Part shown: one piece after another, positions 27,587-38,428 of the stretch
Numbering within the stretch: the first letter of the stretch is position 1
Layout of the letters: every line of letters begins with the position of its first letter
NCBI GenBank assembly: GCA_022530585.1
Contig: CP092821.1
Coordinates: 392,222-438,714 of the forward strand
Source: Candidatus Nealsonbacteria bacterium DGGOD1a
Lineage (GTDB): Bacteria; Patescibacteriota; Minisyncoccia; Minisyncoccales; UBA5738
Reading direction: 5' to 3'
Length of the DNA stretch: 46,493 nt
Translations under genes and position numbers: made by a program
Notes under the pieces: model-generated
Databases searched by the model: none
Told to the model about the DNA's origin: nothing
Seen by the model: the letters and a program-made list of their open reading frames with translations, nothing else

Positions 27587-27814
27587 TTATTTCGCTTTTT
27601 TGGCGAAAGTGTCTTTTTTGGCAACCTTCTTCAGGAACTTGTCCACGCGTCCCATGGCGTTCACCAATCTGGCCTTGCCGGTATAGAAGGGGTGGCAGGA
27701 CGAACAAGTTTCGGTTTCGGTGTATTCCTTGGTCGAACCGATGGAATAGGTTTTCCCGCACGAACATTTCACCTGCGCATCGGGATAATATTTGGGATGG
27801 ATGTCTTTTTTCAT
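27587..27814 (-). CDS. rpmE: 50S ribosomal protein L31
   Basis: MKKDIHPKY start and CxxC...CSSCHPFYTG. Confidence 0.93.
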   Translation of the reverse strand: MKKDIHPKYYPDAQVKCSCGKTYSIGSTKEYTETETCSSCHPFYTGKARLVNAMGRVDKFLKKVAKKDTFAKKAK

Positions 27815-28027
27815 AGAAAAATAAATCGTTCGTTTTTAACGATAAAAATCACTCATTTTTGATGATAAACCAAGTATAACGCAAAAAGCGATGATTGGCA
27901 AGAGGCTTCAAGCGGGCGAGCCGGTTGCCCAAAGGCTTGAAAAAAGAGGCGGGATGTGATATGAATTATAAATATGATAATTAGCGCCTGTTAAGTGGAA
28001 ATATTTTACAGGTTAAACCAAGAAACA

Positions 28028-28744
28028 ATGAATAACAATCTTTCAGTTGAAGAAATGTCAAAAGCGGGCTTGCAATTCGGCCATAAGAAATCAAGGATTC
28101 ATCCCAAGATGAAGCCTTATATTTTTGGCGTGCGCAATACGGTTTTCATTATCGATCTTGAAAAAGTGGTTGATAAATTCCAAGCGGCCTTGGATTATAT
28201 TGAAAAAATCGTGGGCGAAGGCAAAACAATCGTGATCGTGGGCACCAAGACCCAGTTCAAGAAGATGGTCAAAGAAGCGGCGCTGGCGGGCGATATGCCC
28301 TATGTCAACGAACGCTGGCTCGGCGGAACCTTCACCAATTTCAAAATTATCAAAAAACGCATTGACTATTTCAAAGAGCTGGAGCGCAAGACCGCGGCCG
28401 GCGAGTTTGAAAAATACACCAAAAAAGAGCAGTCCGAGATCCAAAAGGAGATCAAAGTTCTGGAAAAGAAGCTGGGCGGAATCAAGATGATGGAGAAAAT
28501 GCCCGAAGCCATTTTCGTTCTCGATATGAAGAAGGACAAATTGGCGGTTAAGGAAGCCAGCGAAAATGGCGTGAAGGTGATCGGCATTGCCGATGTTAAC
28601 ATCGATCCCAACTTGGCCGATTATTCGATCATTGCCAATGACGACTCGATGTCGTCGATGACCTATATCTTGGGCAAGGTTAAGGAAGCGGTTTTGGCCG
28701 GCAAGCAAGCTATCGCGGAAAAACCCGCAACGGAATCAAAGTAA
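28028..28744 (+). CDS. rpsB: 30S ribosomal protein S2
   Basis: AGLQFGHKKSRIHPKM, ERWLGGTFTN and the DPN motif. Confidence 0.93.
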   Translation: MNNNLSVEEMSKAGLQFGHKKSRIHPKMKPYIFGVRNTVFIIDLEKVVDKFQAALDYIEKIVGEGKTIVIVGTKTQFKKMVKEAALAGDMPYVNERWLGGTFTNFKIIKKRIDYFKELERKTAAGEFEKYTKKEQSEIQKEIKVLEKKLGGIKMMEKMPEAIFVLDMKKDKLAVKEASENGVKVIGIADVNIDPNLADYSIIANDDSMSSMTYILGKVKEAVLAGKQAIAEKPATESK

Positions 28745-28872
28745 ATCCGAATATCGAAATCCGAAATCCGAAACAATATCGAATATCGAAAAGCAAATAC
28801 TGAAAACGGAATCCTGTTTTAAAAATTCGAATTTGTTTCAATATTCGAGATTCGTATTTCGAAATTGATTAT
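28745..28872. repeat. AT-rich long imperfect palindrome filling the rpsB-tsf spacer
   Basis: cgaaatccgaaatccgaaacaatatcgaa arms mirror ttcgaatttgtttcaatattcgagattcg, around a central aaaacgg-aat-cctgtttt hairpin. Confidence 0.6.
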
Positions 28873-28875
28873 TTT

Positions 28876-29319
28876 ATGGCAAACATTGAACTTATCAAAC
28901 AGCTTCGCGATGAGACCGGAATTTCCATTGGCGAATGCAAAAAAGCCGTCGAAGAAGGCGGCAGTATTGAAAAAGCCAAAGAAATTCTGAAAAAATGGGG
29001 TAAGGATTTGGCGTCCAAAAAGAGCGATCGAACGACCGGCCAGGGCAAGGTTGACGCGTATCTTCACGCGAACGGCAAGATCGGCGTGATGGTCGAGTTG
29101 CGTTGCGAAACCGACTTTGTGGCAAATTCCGATGATTTCAAATGCCTCGCGCACGAGCTTTGCTTGCAAATTGCGGCCATGGGTGATGATCTGGAAATCA
29201 TTTTAGCTTCGCCGTGGATCAAAAATCCGTCGAAATCCGTCAAAGATCTCATCGAGGAAACCGTTGCCAAAGTGGGCGAGAACATTGTCCTCAAGAAAGC
29301 GGCCAGATTTGAAATATAA
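28876..29319 (+). CDS. tsf: elongation factor Ts (short, 147 aa)
   Basis: The N-terminus IKQLRDETGISIGECKKAL-like is UBA-type, and VELRCETDFVA is the core motif. Confidence 0.88.
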   Translation: MANIELIKQLRDETGISIGECKKAVEEGGSIEKAKEILKKWGKDLASKKSDRTTGQGKVDAYLHANGKIGVMVELRCETDFVANSDDFKCLAHELCLQIAAMGDDLEIILASPWIKNPSKSVKDLIEETVAKVGENIVLKKAARFEI

Positions 29320-29362
29320 TTGTTTTTTTGCATTTCTCATTAACCCTGTCCATCAGCTATTT

Positions 29363-29959
29363 ATGGTTGAATTGATCGCTTCCATAGTTTTCATCGGGAG
29401 TGTCGCGGGTATTGGCGTGATCGCGGCGCGGAATATGCCTCAAGCCATGCGAGAGGCGCAGCTTTCGCCTGAAGCGAAGCTTTTAAACTTCCGCGATGCG
29501 GCCAAGAACTGGTTTGCGGCTCGATTGAAGAATAACCGCTATTTCAAGGATTTTTCCTGGATTGATTTTGTGCAAAAGAGACTTTTGAAAGTGCGCGTGT
29601 TGGTTATGAAAGCCGAGAACAAAATCAACGAATATACGGTCAAATTGCGCGAGCGCGCCGAAAACCAGAAAAAAAAGGAAGAAGCGCTCTTGGACAACTA
29701 CTGGCGCGATTTGAGAACGATTGTCAAAACCAAAAAAACCGGCTACAAGCGTGATTCGAAAACATCGGCGGCTGAGTTGGAAGCGGCGCCGGATGAAGAC
29801 GCGGCCGGCGGCGGCGCGATCGCGGGTTCCGCGGAGGCTAAAGCCGAACCGATGATCGGCAGAGTGGTGATGCCCGCGCAGGTTCTGCCGCGGGAACCGC
29901 GCGGCAAGAAAAAACACAATCCGAAAAAGAAAAAAATGAAAGACCCTTTCAAATGGTAA
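29363..29959 (+). CDS. hypothetical membrane-anchored, Lys-rich protein
   Basis: The ATG at 29363 lies after the tsf stop. It has an N-terminal TM helix and a basic C-terminus. Confidence 0.5.
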   Translation: MVELIASIVFIGSVAGIGVIAARNMPQAMREAQLSPEAKLLNFRDAAKNWFAARLKNNRYFKDFSWIDFVQKRLLKVRVLVMKAENKINEYTVKLRERAENQKKKEEALLDNYWRDLRTIVKTKKTGYKRDSKTSAAELEAAPDEDAAGGGAIAGSAEAKAEPMIGRVVMPAQVLPREPRGKKKHNPKKKKMKDPFKW

Positions 29960-30115
29960 AAAAGATAACCGCGAGGCTATCTTTTTTGAAACTTGATAAT
30001 TTGCCGATTTGAAGTAATATACTAATTGTTGTTTGGTTTGGCCGGCATTTGTTTTTGAGCCGTTGCCAGTTGGTTTTAAACTATTAACTATAAATAATTT
30101 TTGTTTTGCAAAAAT

Positions 30116-30187
30116 GCCGGCGTAGCTCAGCGGTAGAGCAACTGTTTTGTAAACAGTAGGTCGGGGGTCCGAATCCCTTCGTCGGCT
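30116..30187 (+). tRNA. tRNA-Thr (anticodon TGT)
   Basis: Manual cloverleaf fold. The acceptor stem GCCGGCG/CGTCGGC has one G-U pair. The D arm is GCTC-AGCGGTA-GAGC. The anticodon stem ACTGT/ACAGT carries loop TTTGTAA. The variable loop is 5 nt and the T arm is GGGGG-TCCGAAT-CCCTT. Confidence 0.85.
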
Positions 30188-30261
30188 CATGGCAGCATAA
30201 TTTTACAAGCACTCTCAACGGGGTGCGTTTTGTATTTTGTATCGCGCCATTGGAATAGCCT

Positions 30262-30313
30262 GTTGAAATCAAATATCAACAGCTTTAAATCTTTGTTGAT
30301 ATTTGATTTCAAC
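30262..30313. repeat. REP-like perfect hairpin (20-bp stem, 12-nt loop), left flank of RAYT-like gene 2
   Basis: gttgaaatcaaatatcaaca-gctttaaatctt-tgttgatatttgatttcaac. Confidence 0.9.
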
Positions 30314-30348
30314 AAATTTCAACAAATTAAGTATGTTAAAATTTTATT

Positions 30349-31050
30349 ATGAGAAAAGAGCCTTTTTTTGTTGGTGATTTTGTGCATGTTTATAACCGGG
30401 GCAATCGTAGGATGGATATTGTTAGCGATACCAATGACCGTTGGCGGTTTGTGAATATTTTGAGATATTTCAATGACGAAATGTCCTCGGTTAACAAATT
30501 GCGCAATATCTCATTTTTATTGAAATCGAATTTTAACCGGTATAGTTGGCCTAAAGAATGGAAAGCCCAGCGACCGATAGTTAAAATATTGGCATATTGC
30601 CTTATGCCGAATCATTTTCACTTACTTTTGAAAGAAATCAAGGAAGGCGGGATTACCGCATTTATGCGGCGCGTGGGCGTTGGCTATACGAACTATAAAA
30701 ATACAAAAGAAAATAATGTAGGGAAAATTTTTCAAGGTTCCTATAAGGCGCGAACGATTAAAGACGAAATTCATCTGCAATATGTTGATGCATATATACA
30801 AGTTTTTAACCCATTTGAATTAATCGATGGAGCTGACTTAAAAAATAATTTTGATAAGGCTTTTAGGGCGGCCGCAGACTATAATTTCTGCAGCTTGGCC
30901 GAATCGTTTGGAGAAAAGAATAGATTAATTGTGGATCGGGATATTTTGGCGGATAAATTTGAAACAATTGAAAAATACAAAGAATTTGCTTACGATGCGT
31001 TCAGTTGCGGCGGAATTACTAAATTTTTACGCGAGGCGTCGATTGATTAA
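30349..31050 (+). CDS. HUH/Y1 transposase, RAYT/IS200-like (copy 2)
   Basis: HVYNRG, PNHFHLLLKE and YVDAYIQVFNPFE. It aligns along its whole length with 7154..7912. Confidence 0.8.
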   Translation: MRKEPFFVGDFVHVYNRGNRRMDIVSDTNDRWRFVNILRYFNDEMSSVNKLRNISFLLKSNFNRYSWPKEWKAQRPIVKILAYCLMPNHFHLLLKEIKEGGITAFMRRVGVGYTNYKNTKENNVGKIFQGSYKARTIKDEIHLQYVDAYIQVFNPFELIDGADLKNNFDKAFRAAADYNFCSLAESFGEKNRLIVDRDILADKFETIEKYKEFAYDAFSCGGITKFLREASID

Positions 31051-31057
31051 CGGAACC

Positions 31058-31109
31058 GTTGAAATCAAATATCAACAGCTTTAAATCTTTGTTGATATTT
31101 GATTTCAAC
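31058..31109. repeat. REP-like perfect hairpin, right flank of RAYT-like gene 2
   Basis: Arms and loop are identical to 30262-30313, in the same orientation. Confidence 0.9.
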
Positions 31110-31116
31110 AGCTTTA

Positions 31117-31365
31117 AACAGCTTTAAAGTTAAGTCGGTTTTGGTGAAATCCGGATTGCCGGACGCGGAGTGGGCGGTGAATTCGCATATCGGCTGCGCT
31201 TTCGGGCGCGAGTATTGCTATGCGGCGTTCATCGGCCGGTGGAATATTCCGACGAGGAACGGCGCGAGTTTGCGAATGCGAGAATCAACGCGCCGGAAAT
31301 TCCGCGCGGACAGCAAAATTCCAGATGGCGGATTGTCGGAAGATAATAAGATTGTTTTTTTATGA
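31117..31365 (+). pseudogene. decayed 5' remnant of a radical-SAM (SplB/COG1533-like) gene
   Basis: KSVLVKSGLPDAEWAVNSHIGCAFGREYCYAAF resembles the N-terminus INPYxGCxHGCxYCYA with the middle Cys replaced by Arg. The homologous continuation EERREFANARINAPEI is in another frame, and the gene stops after about 80 codons. Confidence 0.45.
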
Positions 31366-31399
31366 GGATTGAGGTAAAATACAATATTGTTTAAATCAC

Positions 31400-32476
31400 A
31401 TGGATAGTTTGGATTTGGAAAAAATCAAGATGGAGGCGGTTGCGGAAATCGGGGCGGCTCAAAGCGAGAATGAGCTGGTTTCGGTTAACAAGAGATATTT
31501 GGACAAGGATGGAACGCTGGGGGAATTTTTCAAATCTTTGGGATCGCTGTCTAAAGAGGAGCGCGGGGTTGCCGGGGTGAAGGCCAATCGGATAAAACAA
31601 GAGATATTGGCGGTGTTTGAAAAAAAAGCGTCGGAGTTGAAGGAAAAAAACAAAAACAAGCGGTCGGACAAGGATTGGCTGGATGTTACTCTGCCCGGAA
31701 TTAATCCGAGGGTGGGACATTTGCATCCGCTCACCTTGGTGGAGCGGCGGATCGTTGAGATTTTTTACGGGATGGGATTCGAGATTATTCAAAGCCAGGA
31801 GATCGAAAACGAGTGGTACAATTTTGACGCGCTGAATATTCCCAAAGATCATCCGGCGCGCGATGTGTTTGACACTTTATTTTTAAAAGACGGATCGCCT
31901 CTGCGTCCGCACACAAGTCCGGGGCAGGTGCGCTATATGGAAAATCATCAGCCGCCTTTGCGAGTGATCGTGCCCGGCCGAGTTTTTCGCCGCGACGCGG
32001 TTGACGCGTCCCATATGCCCAATTTTTATCAGATTGAAGGGTTGATGGTTGACAAAGCGCTTTCGGTGGCCAATTTCAAGGCGGTTATCGATGAATTCTT
32101 CAAGCAGTTTTTTTGCGATTCCGAAACCGAACTTGATGTTTATGGGAAAAATTCCGCCAAGGCAACCGCGGAAAAAGACAATATCCGGTTGCGGCCGTCG
32201 TTTTTTCCGTTTACCGAGCCATCGTTCGAGGTTGATTTGCGGTGCGTGCATTGCGCGGGCAAGGGTTGTTCGGCGTGCAAAGGCACGGGTTGGATGGAAG
32301 TGATGGGCGCGGGCATGGTGCATCCGAATGTTTTGAAGAACGCGGGGGTCAATCCGCAATTCTGGCAGGGGTTCGCTTTTGGGATTGGAATGGACCGGCT
32401 GGCGATGATCAAATATAAAGTCAACGACATTCGCCTGTTTTACGAAAACGACCAGAGATTTTTGGAACAATTCTAA
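31400..32476 (+). CDS. pheS: phenylalanine--tRNA ligase alpha subunit
   Basis: HPLT, FPFTEPSFEVD, the CxxC...CxxC insert and the GMVHPNVL motif. Confidence 0.93.
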   Translation: MDSLDLEKIKMEAVAEIGAAQSENELVSVNKRYLDKDGTLGEFFKSLGSLSKEERGVAGVKANRIKQEILAVFEKKASELKEKNKNKRSDKDWLDVTLPGINPRVGHLHPLTLVERRIVEIFYGMGFEIIQSQEIENEWYNFDALNIPKDHPARDVFDTLFLKDGSPLRPHTSPGQVRYMENHQPPLRVIVPGRVFRRDAVDASHMPNFYQIEGLMVDKALSVANFKAVIDEFFKQFFCDSETELDVYGKNSAKATAEKDNIRLRPSFFPFTEPSFEVDLRCVHCAGKGCSACKGTGWMEVMGAGMVHPNVLKNAGVNPQFWQGFAFGIGMDRLAMIKYKVNDIRLFYENDQRFLEQF

Positions 32477-32482
32477 AAAAAT

Positions 32483-32594
32483 GAAAATTTAAAAATCAAA
32501 ATTAAAAATGACAGTTCAAAATGTAAAATTTGGAATTCAATAATTTTTAATTTTACATTGTCATTTTGATTTTTGATTTTTACATTTTAAATTA
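32483..32594. repeat. AT-rich imperfect palindrome of about 110 nt filling the pheS-pheT spacer
   Basis: aaaaatcaaaattaaaaatgacag...aaatgtaaaatt mirrors aattttacattgtcattttgatttttgattttt. Confidence 0.65.
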
Positions 32595-34622
32595 ATGTTG
32601 TTTAGCTATTCTTGGCTTCAATCGTTTTTTGAGAAGAAATTGCCTGAACCCAAAGTTCTGGCGGATTTGATAATCCGGCACAGTTTTGAGGTGGAGGGGA
32701 TGGAAAAAAAAGGAAAGGACACGATCTTTGATATTTCAATTTTGTCCAACCGGCCGGATTGTTTCGCGCATATCGGCATCGCGCGGGAGATTGGTGCGGT
32801 TTTGGGCCGAAAATTGATATTGCCCAAAGCAAAAGCGGATAAAATGAAAAACGCGGTCGCGGCCAAAACTTTGGCGGATGTGAAAATCGAAAATCCGGAA
32901 GCCTGCCGGCGTTATACGGCGATGATGGTGAGCGGCGTCAAGATCGGGCCGTCGCCCAAATGGATGCGGGAGCGGCTTGAGGCGTGCGGAATGCGCGCAA
33001 TCAACAATGTGGTTGACGCGACCAATTATGTACTCTTGGAAACCGGCCAGCCTTTACATGCGTTTGATTGGGACAAACTTCAGAATGTCGGTTCAAAAAC
33101 AAAAGCCAAAAAAATTATCGTGCGTTTCGCGAGAAACGGCGAAACAATCGACGCGCTGACCGGAAAAAAATACGAACTGGACTCAAAGACTCTGGTTATC
33201 AGCGATGAAACCGGACCGCTGGCGGTCGCGGGCATCAAAGGCGGCCGGCGCGCGGAGATTTCGGAAAAAACTGCCGTGATTGTGATCGAATCGGCCAATT
33301 TCGACCGCCGGTCGGTGCGAGCGGCGTCGCGCCGGCTTGGTTTGCAGACCGACGCGTCGCTGCGTTTCGAGCATGACCTTGATCCGGGCCAAACCGCCGA
33401 GGTTGCCCGGCGCGCCGCGGAACTGATCGCCCAAATTTCCGGGGGACAGGTTTTGGCGGGCGCGGTGGATCGCTATCCCGCTTCGGCAAAGCCAAAGAAG
33501 ATTATTTTGGAAATGGAAACCGCGGAAAAGCTGTTGGGAATCCAATTGCAGACCGCGCGCGTGAAAAAGATATTGGAATCGCTGGGCTTTTCGGTGCGCA
33601 AAGGCAAGGGGCTGTCGCTGGAGGTCGCGTCGCCCACGCGCCGCACCGATGTTTTCGCGCCGCAGGACTTGATTGAAGAAATCGGCCGTATCGGCGGCTA
33701 TGAGGCGATTGATCCGAAATTGCCGGCGGCGACAATCGCGCCGCCGGCGGAAAATTATTTTTGGCGGTGGAAAAACATCGCAAAAGACGCGCTGGCCGCG
33801 GCCGGATGGACCGAGACGCGCAATTCCACTTTCATATCCGCCGGCGATTGCCGAAATTTCGATTTTAGGGAGAATGATGTTTTGGAGATTAAGAATCCGG
33901 TTAACGCGGATTTGAGGTTTATGCGGCCCAGCCTTTTGCCGGGGTTGCTGAAAAACGCGGCGGCCAATTCGCAAACCGAAATTTTGCGGCAATTTGAGAT
34001 CGGGCGGATTTTCGCGCCGGATTTGCGGATGGAGCCGACAATGCTGTCCGGGTTTGACCGCGGCGGTTCGTTTTTTGAAGCGAAGGGCGCGCTGGAATTT
34101 GTTTGCCGGAAGTTGGGCATCGCGGATTTTCGCTGCGCGCCGCTGGGAGACCGCGTTGATTCGCTTTTTGACCCGGCGCGGAGCGCGCGCGTTTTTGCCA
34201 ACGGCAAGGAAATCGGCATTATCGGGCAACTGGCCGCGGCGGTTGGCGCGGCATTGGGATTGGGGCCGTTGGCGGTTTTTGAGCTAAGTTTGGATGCGTT
34301 ATCGGCGATGGCTACGCGGAAGATTGAATACAAGCGGTTGTCGATTTATCCCGAAGCGATTCGCGATATTTCGGTTGATATGCCGATTCAAACATTGTCG
34401 GGCGATGTGATGGACGCGGTAAAAGCGGCGGACAATCTGAAATTGATTAAAAGTTTTGAAATATCCGGCGCGCCGTACATTTCCGGCAAAAATAAAAACA
34501 TTTTGTTTAAATTCCATCTCCACTCCGATCAAAAAACGCTGGATTCAAAAGAGATCGGCGATTGGCAGGAAAAAACCATCGGCGCGATCGAGAAAAATCC
34601 GGAGTGGCGGGTAAAAAAATAA
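32595..34622 (+). CDS. pheT: phenylalanine--tRNA ligase beta subunit (lacks the N-terminal OB-fold tRNA-binding domain)
   Basis: MLFSYSWLQSFF start and SNRPDCF at about aa 50. B3/4, B5 and FDX-ACB-like regions are recognisable. Length is 675 aa. Confidence 0.9.
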   Translation: MLFSYSWLQSFFEKKLPEPKVLADLIIRHSFEVEGMEKKGKDTIFDISILSNRPDCFAHIGIAREIGAVLGRKLILPKAKADKMKNAVAAKTLADVKIENPEACRRYTAMMVSGVKIGPSPKWMRERLEACGMRAINNVVDATNYVLLETGQPLHAFDWDKLQNVGSKTKAKKIIVRFARNGETIDALTGKKYELDSKTLVISDETGPLAVAGIKGGRRAEISEKTAVIVIESANFDRRSVRAASRRLGLQTDASLRFEHDLDPGQTAEVARRAAELIAQISGGQVLAGAVDRYPASAKPKKIILEMETAEKLLGIQLQTARVKKILESLGFSVRKGKGLSLEVASPTRRTDVFAPQDLIEEIGRIGGYEAIDPKLPAATIAPPAENYFWRWKNIAKDALAAAGWTETRNSTFISAGDCRNFDFRENDVLEIKNPVNADLRFMRPSLLPGLLKNAAANSQTEILRQFEIGRIFAPDLRMEPTMLSGFDRGGSFFEAKGALEFVCRKLGIADFRCAPLGDRVDSLFDPARSARVFANGKEIGIIGQLAAAVGAALGLGPLAVFELSLDALSAMATRKIEYKRLSIYPEAIRDISVDMPIQTLSGDVMDAVKAADNLKLIKSFEISGAPYISGKNKNILFKFHLHSDQKTLDSKEIGDWQEKTIGAIEKNPEWRVKK

Positions 34623-34643
34623 ACCGCTTGTTTTTCAAAATAA

Positions 34644-36578
<1,935 letters not shown>

Positions 36579-36630
36579 TCAATGAGCCCGGTATTTTAAT
36601 CGGCGGCGCGAAAACGCCGCCGCGCAATTT

Positions 36631-38376
36631 GTGGCTGACAGAAAAATTTTTTGGTTCTGGTCTTTATGGGTGATCACGGGGCTGACGGCGGCGTTATTTT
36701 TGTACGCGCCGCTTTTTGATTCTTTCTGGGGCTCAATCGCCGGAATTTTTATTTTTGGTTTTTTTCTTTCGGCGCCTTTGGCGCTGGGCTTGGGGAAATT
36801 GTCGCGCAATCGTTGGTTGCAAAATTGGCGGAACGCGGGATGGGCGGTTGCCGGGTTTTGCGTTTTCTTTTTCATATTTTACGCGGCGTTTTCAATCCAT
36901 AAGCACGATAATTTTTTTACCGGGTATGATTTGTCGATTTTCGACCAGGCGGTTTGGCATTTGAGCCGGATGGAAACGCCGGAAAGCAGTATCCGCAATG
37001 TCCCCTTGGTTTTTGGCGATCATTTTGATCCGATATTGATTCTGCTGGCGCCGCTTTACGCCCTTTTCCCGGCGCCGCAAACTCTTTTGCTGGCGCAGGC
37101 GTTTTTATTGGTTCTGCCCGCCGGGATTATTTGTTTGTGGGCGTATAAATCCGGTTTAAGCCCGTTTTGGGGATTGCTGCTGGCGTTTTTTTACCTGGGG
37201 CATCCGGGCATACAGGGAGCGGTAAACTGCGATTTCCACGAAATCGCCTTCGCGCCGCTTTTCCTGACCGCGGCGCTGTATTTTTTGTCGCGCAAGAATT
37301 GGCGCGGATATTTTATTTCCATTGTTTTGCTTTTGCTGGTTAAGGAGGAATTCGCGTTATGGGCCGTCGCAATCGGGATTTTTGCCGTTCTGCTCGGCAA
37401 ACGATTTCGCGTTGGCGGAATCGCGATAATTTTGGGAATTGTTTATTTTGTCGTGTTGATGAAGCTGGCGATGCCGGCATTGAATTATCCCGGCGTCGGT
37501 TATGCTTACGGTAATTTATATCCGGGGTTTGAAAACGGATTTTTATCCGGAATTGTCAACTATGCGTCAAATCCCGCCGCGATCGGCGCGATTCTAACCC
37601 AATTCCCGGAAAAATGGTGGACGATGGCGTTATATATCGCTCCCTTGCTTCTTCCGCTTGCGTTTTGCGCGGCGGCGGCCGCGCTTTTTCTGCCGGCGGC
37701 GGCCACGCGCATATTAAGTTCCTATGCCTATCTTTCTTACGCCGGGCTTTATTATAACGCGGTCTTCGCTCCGCTGGCCGCCGCGGTTTTCATTTATTTT
37801 CTGGATTCGCCGAGAAAATCCCGCGCCGGGAGCGCGATTCAAAGTAAATTCGACAAAATCAATTTATCGTTTCCGATTTGGGTTATATCTTTGGCGATGT
37901 CGGTGAATTTGTTGTACGGTTACAATTATTCCTATATTCTGGATCCAGTTTATAATTGGAAATCGGTTGATCATCCCGATACCGCTCAAATGGCCGATCT
38001 CATTGATCAGATACCCGCGGACGCCTCGGTTTCGGCAAGCTATTTTTTGCTTCCTCATTTGAGCCAGCGCGACAATCTCTATGTTTTGCCGCGGATTGGC
38101 GACGCGCGATTCGTGATTTTTGATTATTGCGAATCCATCGCGTGCAACTATTGGCCGGTCAACGCCAAGATTATGCCGCAGATCCGCGATTTTCTGTCCG
38201 CCAGTCCGTTGTTTAAAATAAAAAAAGAAACCCGGTTCGGGATTGTTTTTGAAAGAACCGGCGATATTGACGCGGCCGCGAAGAGCGAAATGGCGGCATT
38301 CTGCCGGAGAACGCTCGAGCAAGCCGAATTACAGCCGATACACCGCAAGTATCTCTTGGAAAATTGCTTGATGTGA
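36631..38376 (+). CDS. polytopic membrane protein, DUF2079-like
   Basis: At least 10 TM helices. The FDQAVWHLS...GDHFDPILILLAPLY pattern recalls DUF2079. It uses a GTG start. Confidence 0.6.
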   Translation: MADRKIFWFWSLWVITGLTAALFLYAPLFDSFWGSIAGIFIFGFFLSAPLALGLGKLSRNRWLQNWRNAGWAVAGFCVFFFIFYAAFSIHKHDNFFTGYDLSIFDQAVWHLSRMETPESSIRNVPLVFGDHFDPILILLAPLYALFPAPQTLLLAQAFLLVLPAGIICLWAYKSGLSPFWGLLLAFFYLGHPGIQGAVNCDFHEIAFAPLFLTAALYFLSRKNWRGYFISIVLLLLVKEEFALWAVAIGIFAVLLGKRFRVGGIAIILGIVYFVVLMKLAMPALNYPGVGYAYGNLYPGFENGFLSGIVNYASNPAAIGAILTQFPEKWWTMALYIAPLLLPLAFCAAAAALFLPAAATRILSSYAYLSYAGLYYNAVFAPLAAAVFIYFLDSPRKSRAGSAIQSKFDKINLSFPIWVISLAMSVNLLYGYNYSYILDPVYNWKSVDHPDTAQMADLIDQIPADASVSASYFLLPHLSQRDNLYVLPRIGDARFVIFDYCESIACNYWPVNAKIMPQIRDFLSASPLFKIKKETRFGIVFERTGDIDAAAKSEMAAFCRRTLEQAELQPIHRKYLLENCLM

Positions 38377-38399
38377 TTCGCGCCAACCCTAGCTTTTCT

Positions 38400-38428
38400 T
38401 TGACATTCGCCGGAATGTTTGGTATTAT
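38400..38428 (+). promoter_or_regulatory. sigma70-type promoter TTGACA-17 nt-TATTAT upstream of secE
   Basis: Consensus -35 at 38400-38405 and -10 at 38423-38428. It is followed by the agccc-cga-gggct hairpin plus T5 at 38437-38454. Confidence 0.5.

Noticed and set aside
29993-30020. TTGATA-16-TAATAT promoter-like sequence upstream of tRNA-Thr
   Set aside because: It lies about 95 nt upstream of the mature tRNA 5' end in AT-rich sequence, where such matches arise by chance.
29483-30190. 235-aa minus-strand ORF
   Set aside because: It runs antisense through the Lys-rich hypothetical gene and straight across the tRNA-Thr gene, so it is spurious.
33183-34229. 348-aa minus-strand ORF antisense to pheT (similar long antisense ORFs lie over gyrB, ppsA, rpsB, rplY and acs)
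   Set aside because: All lie fully inside genes with strong family motifs on the other strand. Their translations are Arg/Pro-rich with no recognisable motif.
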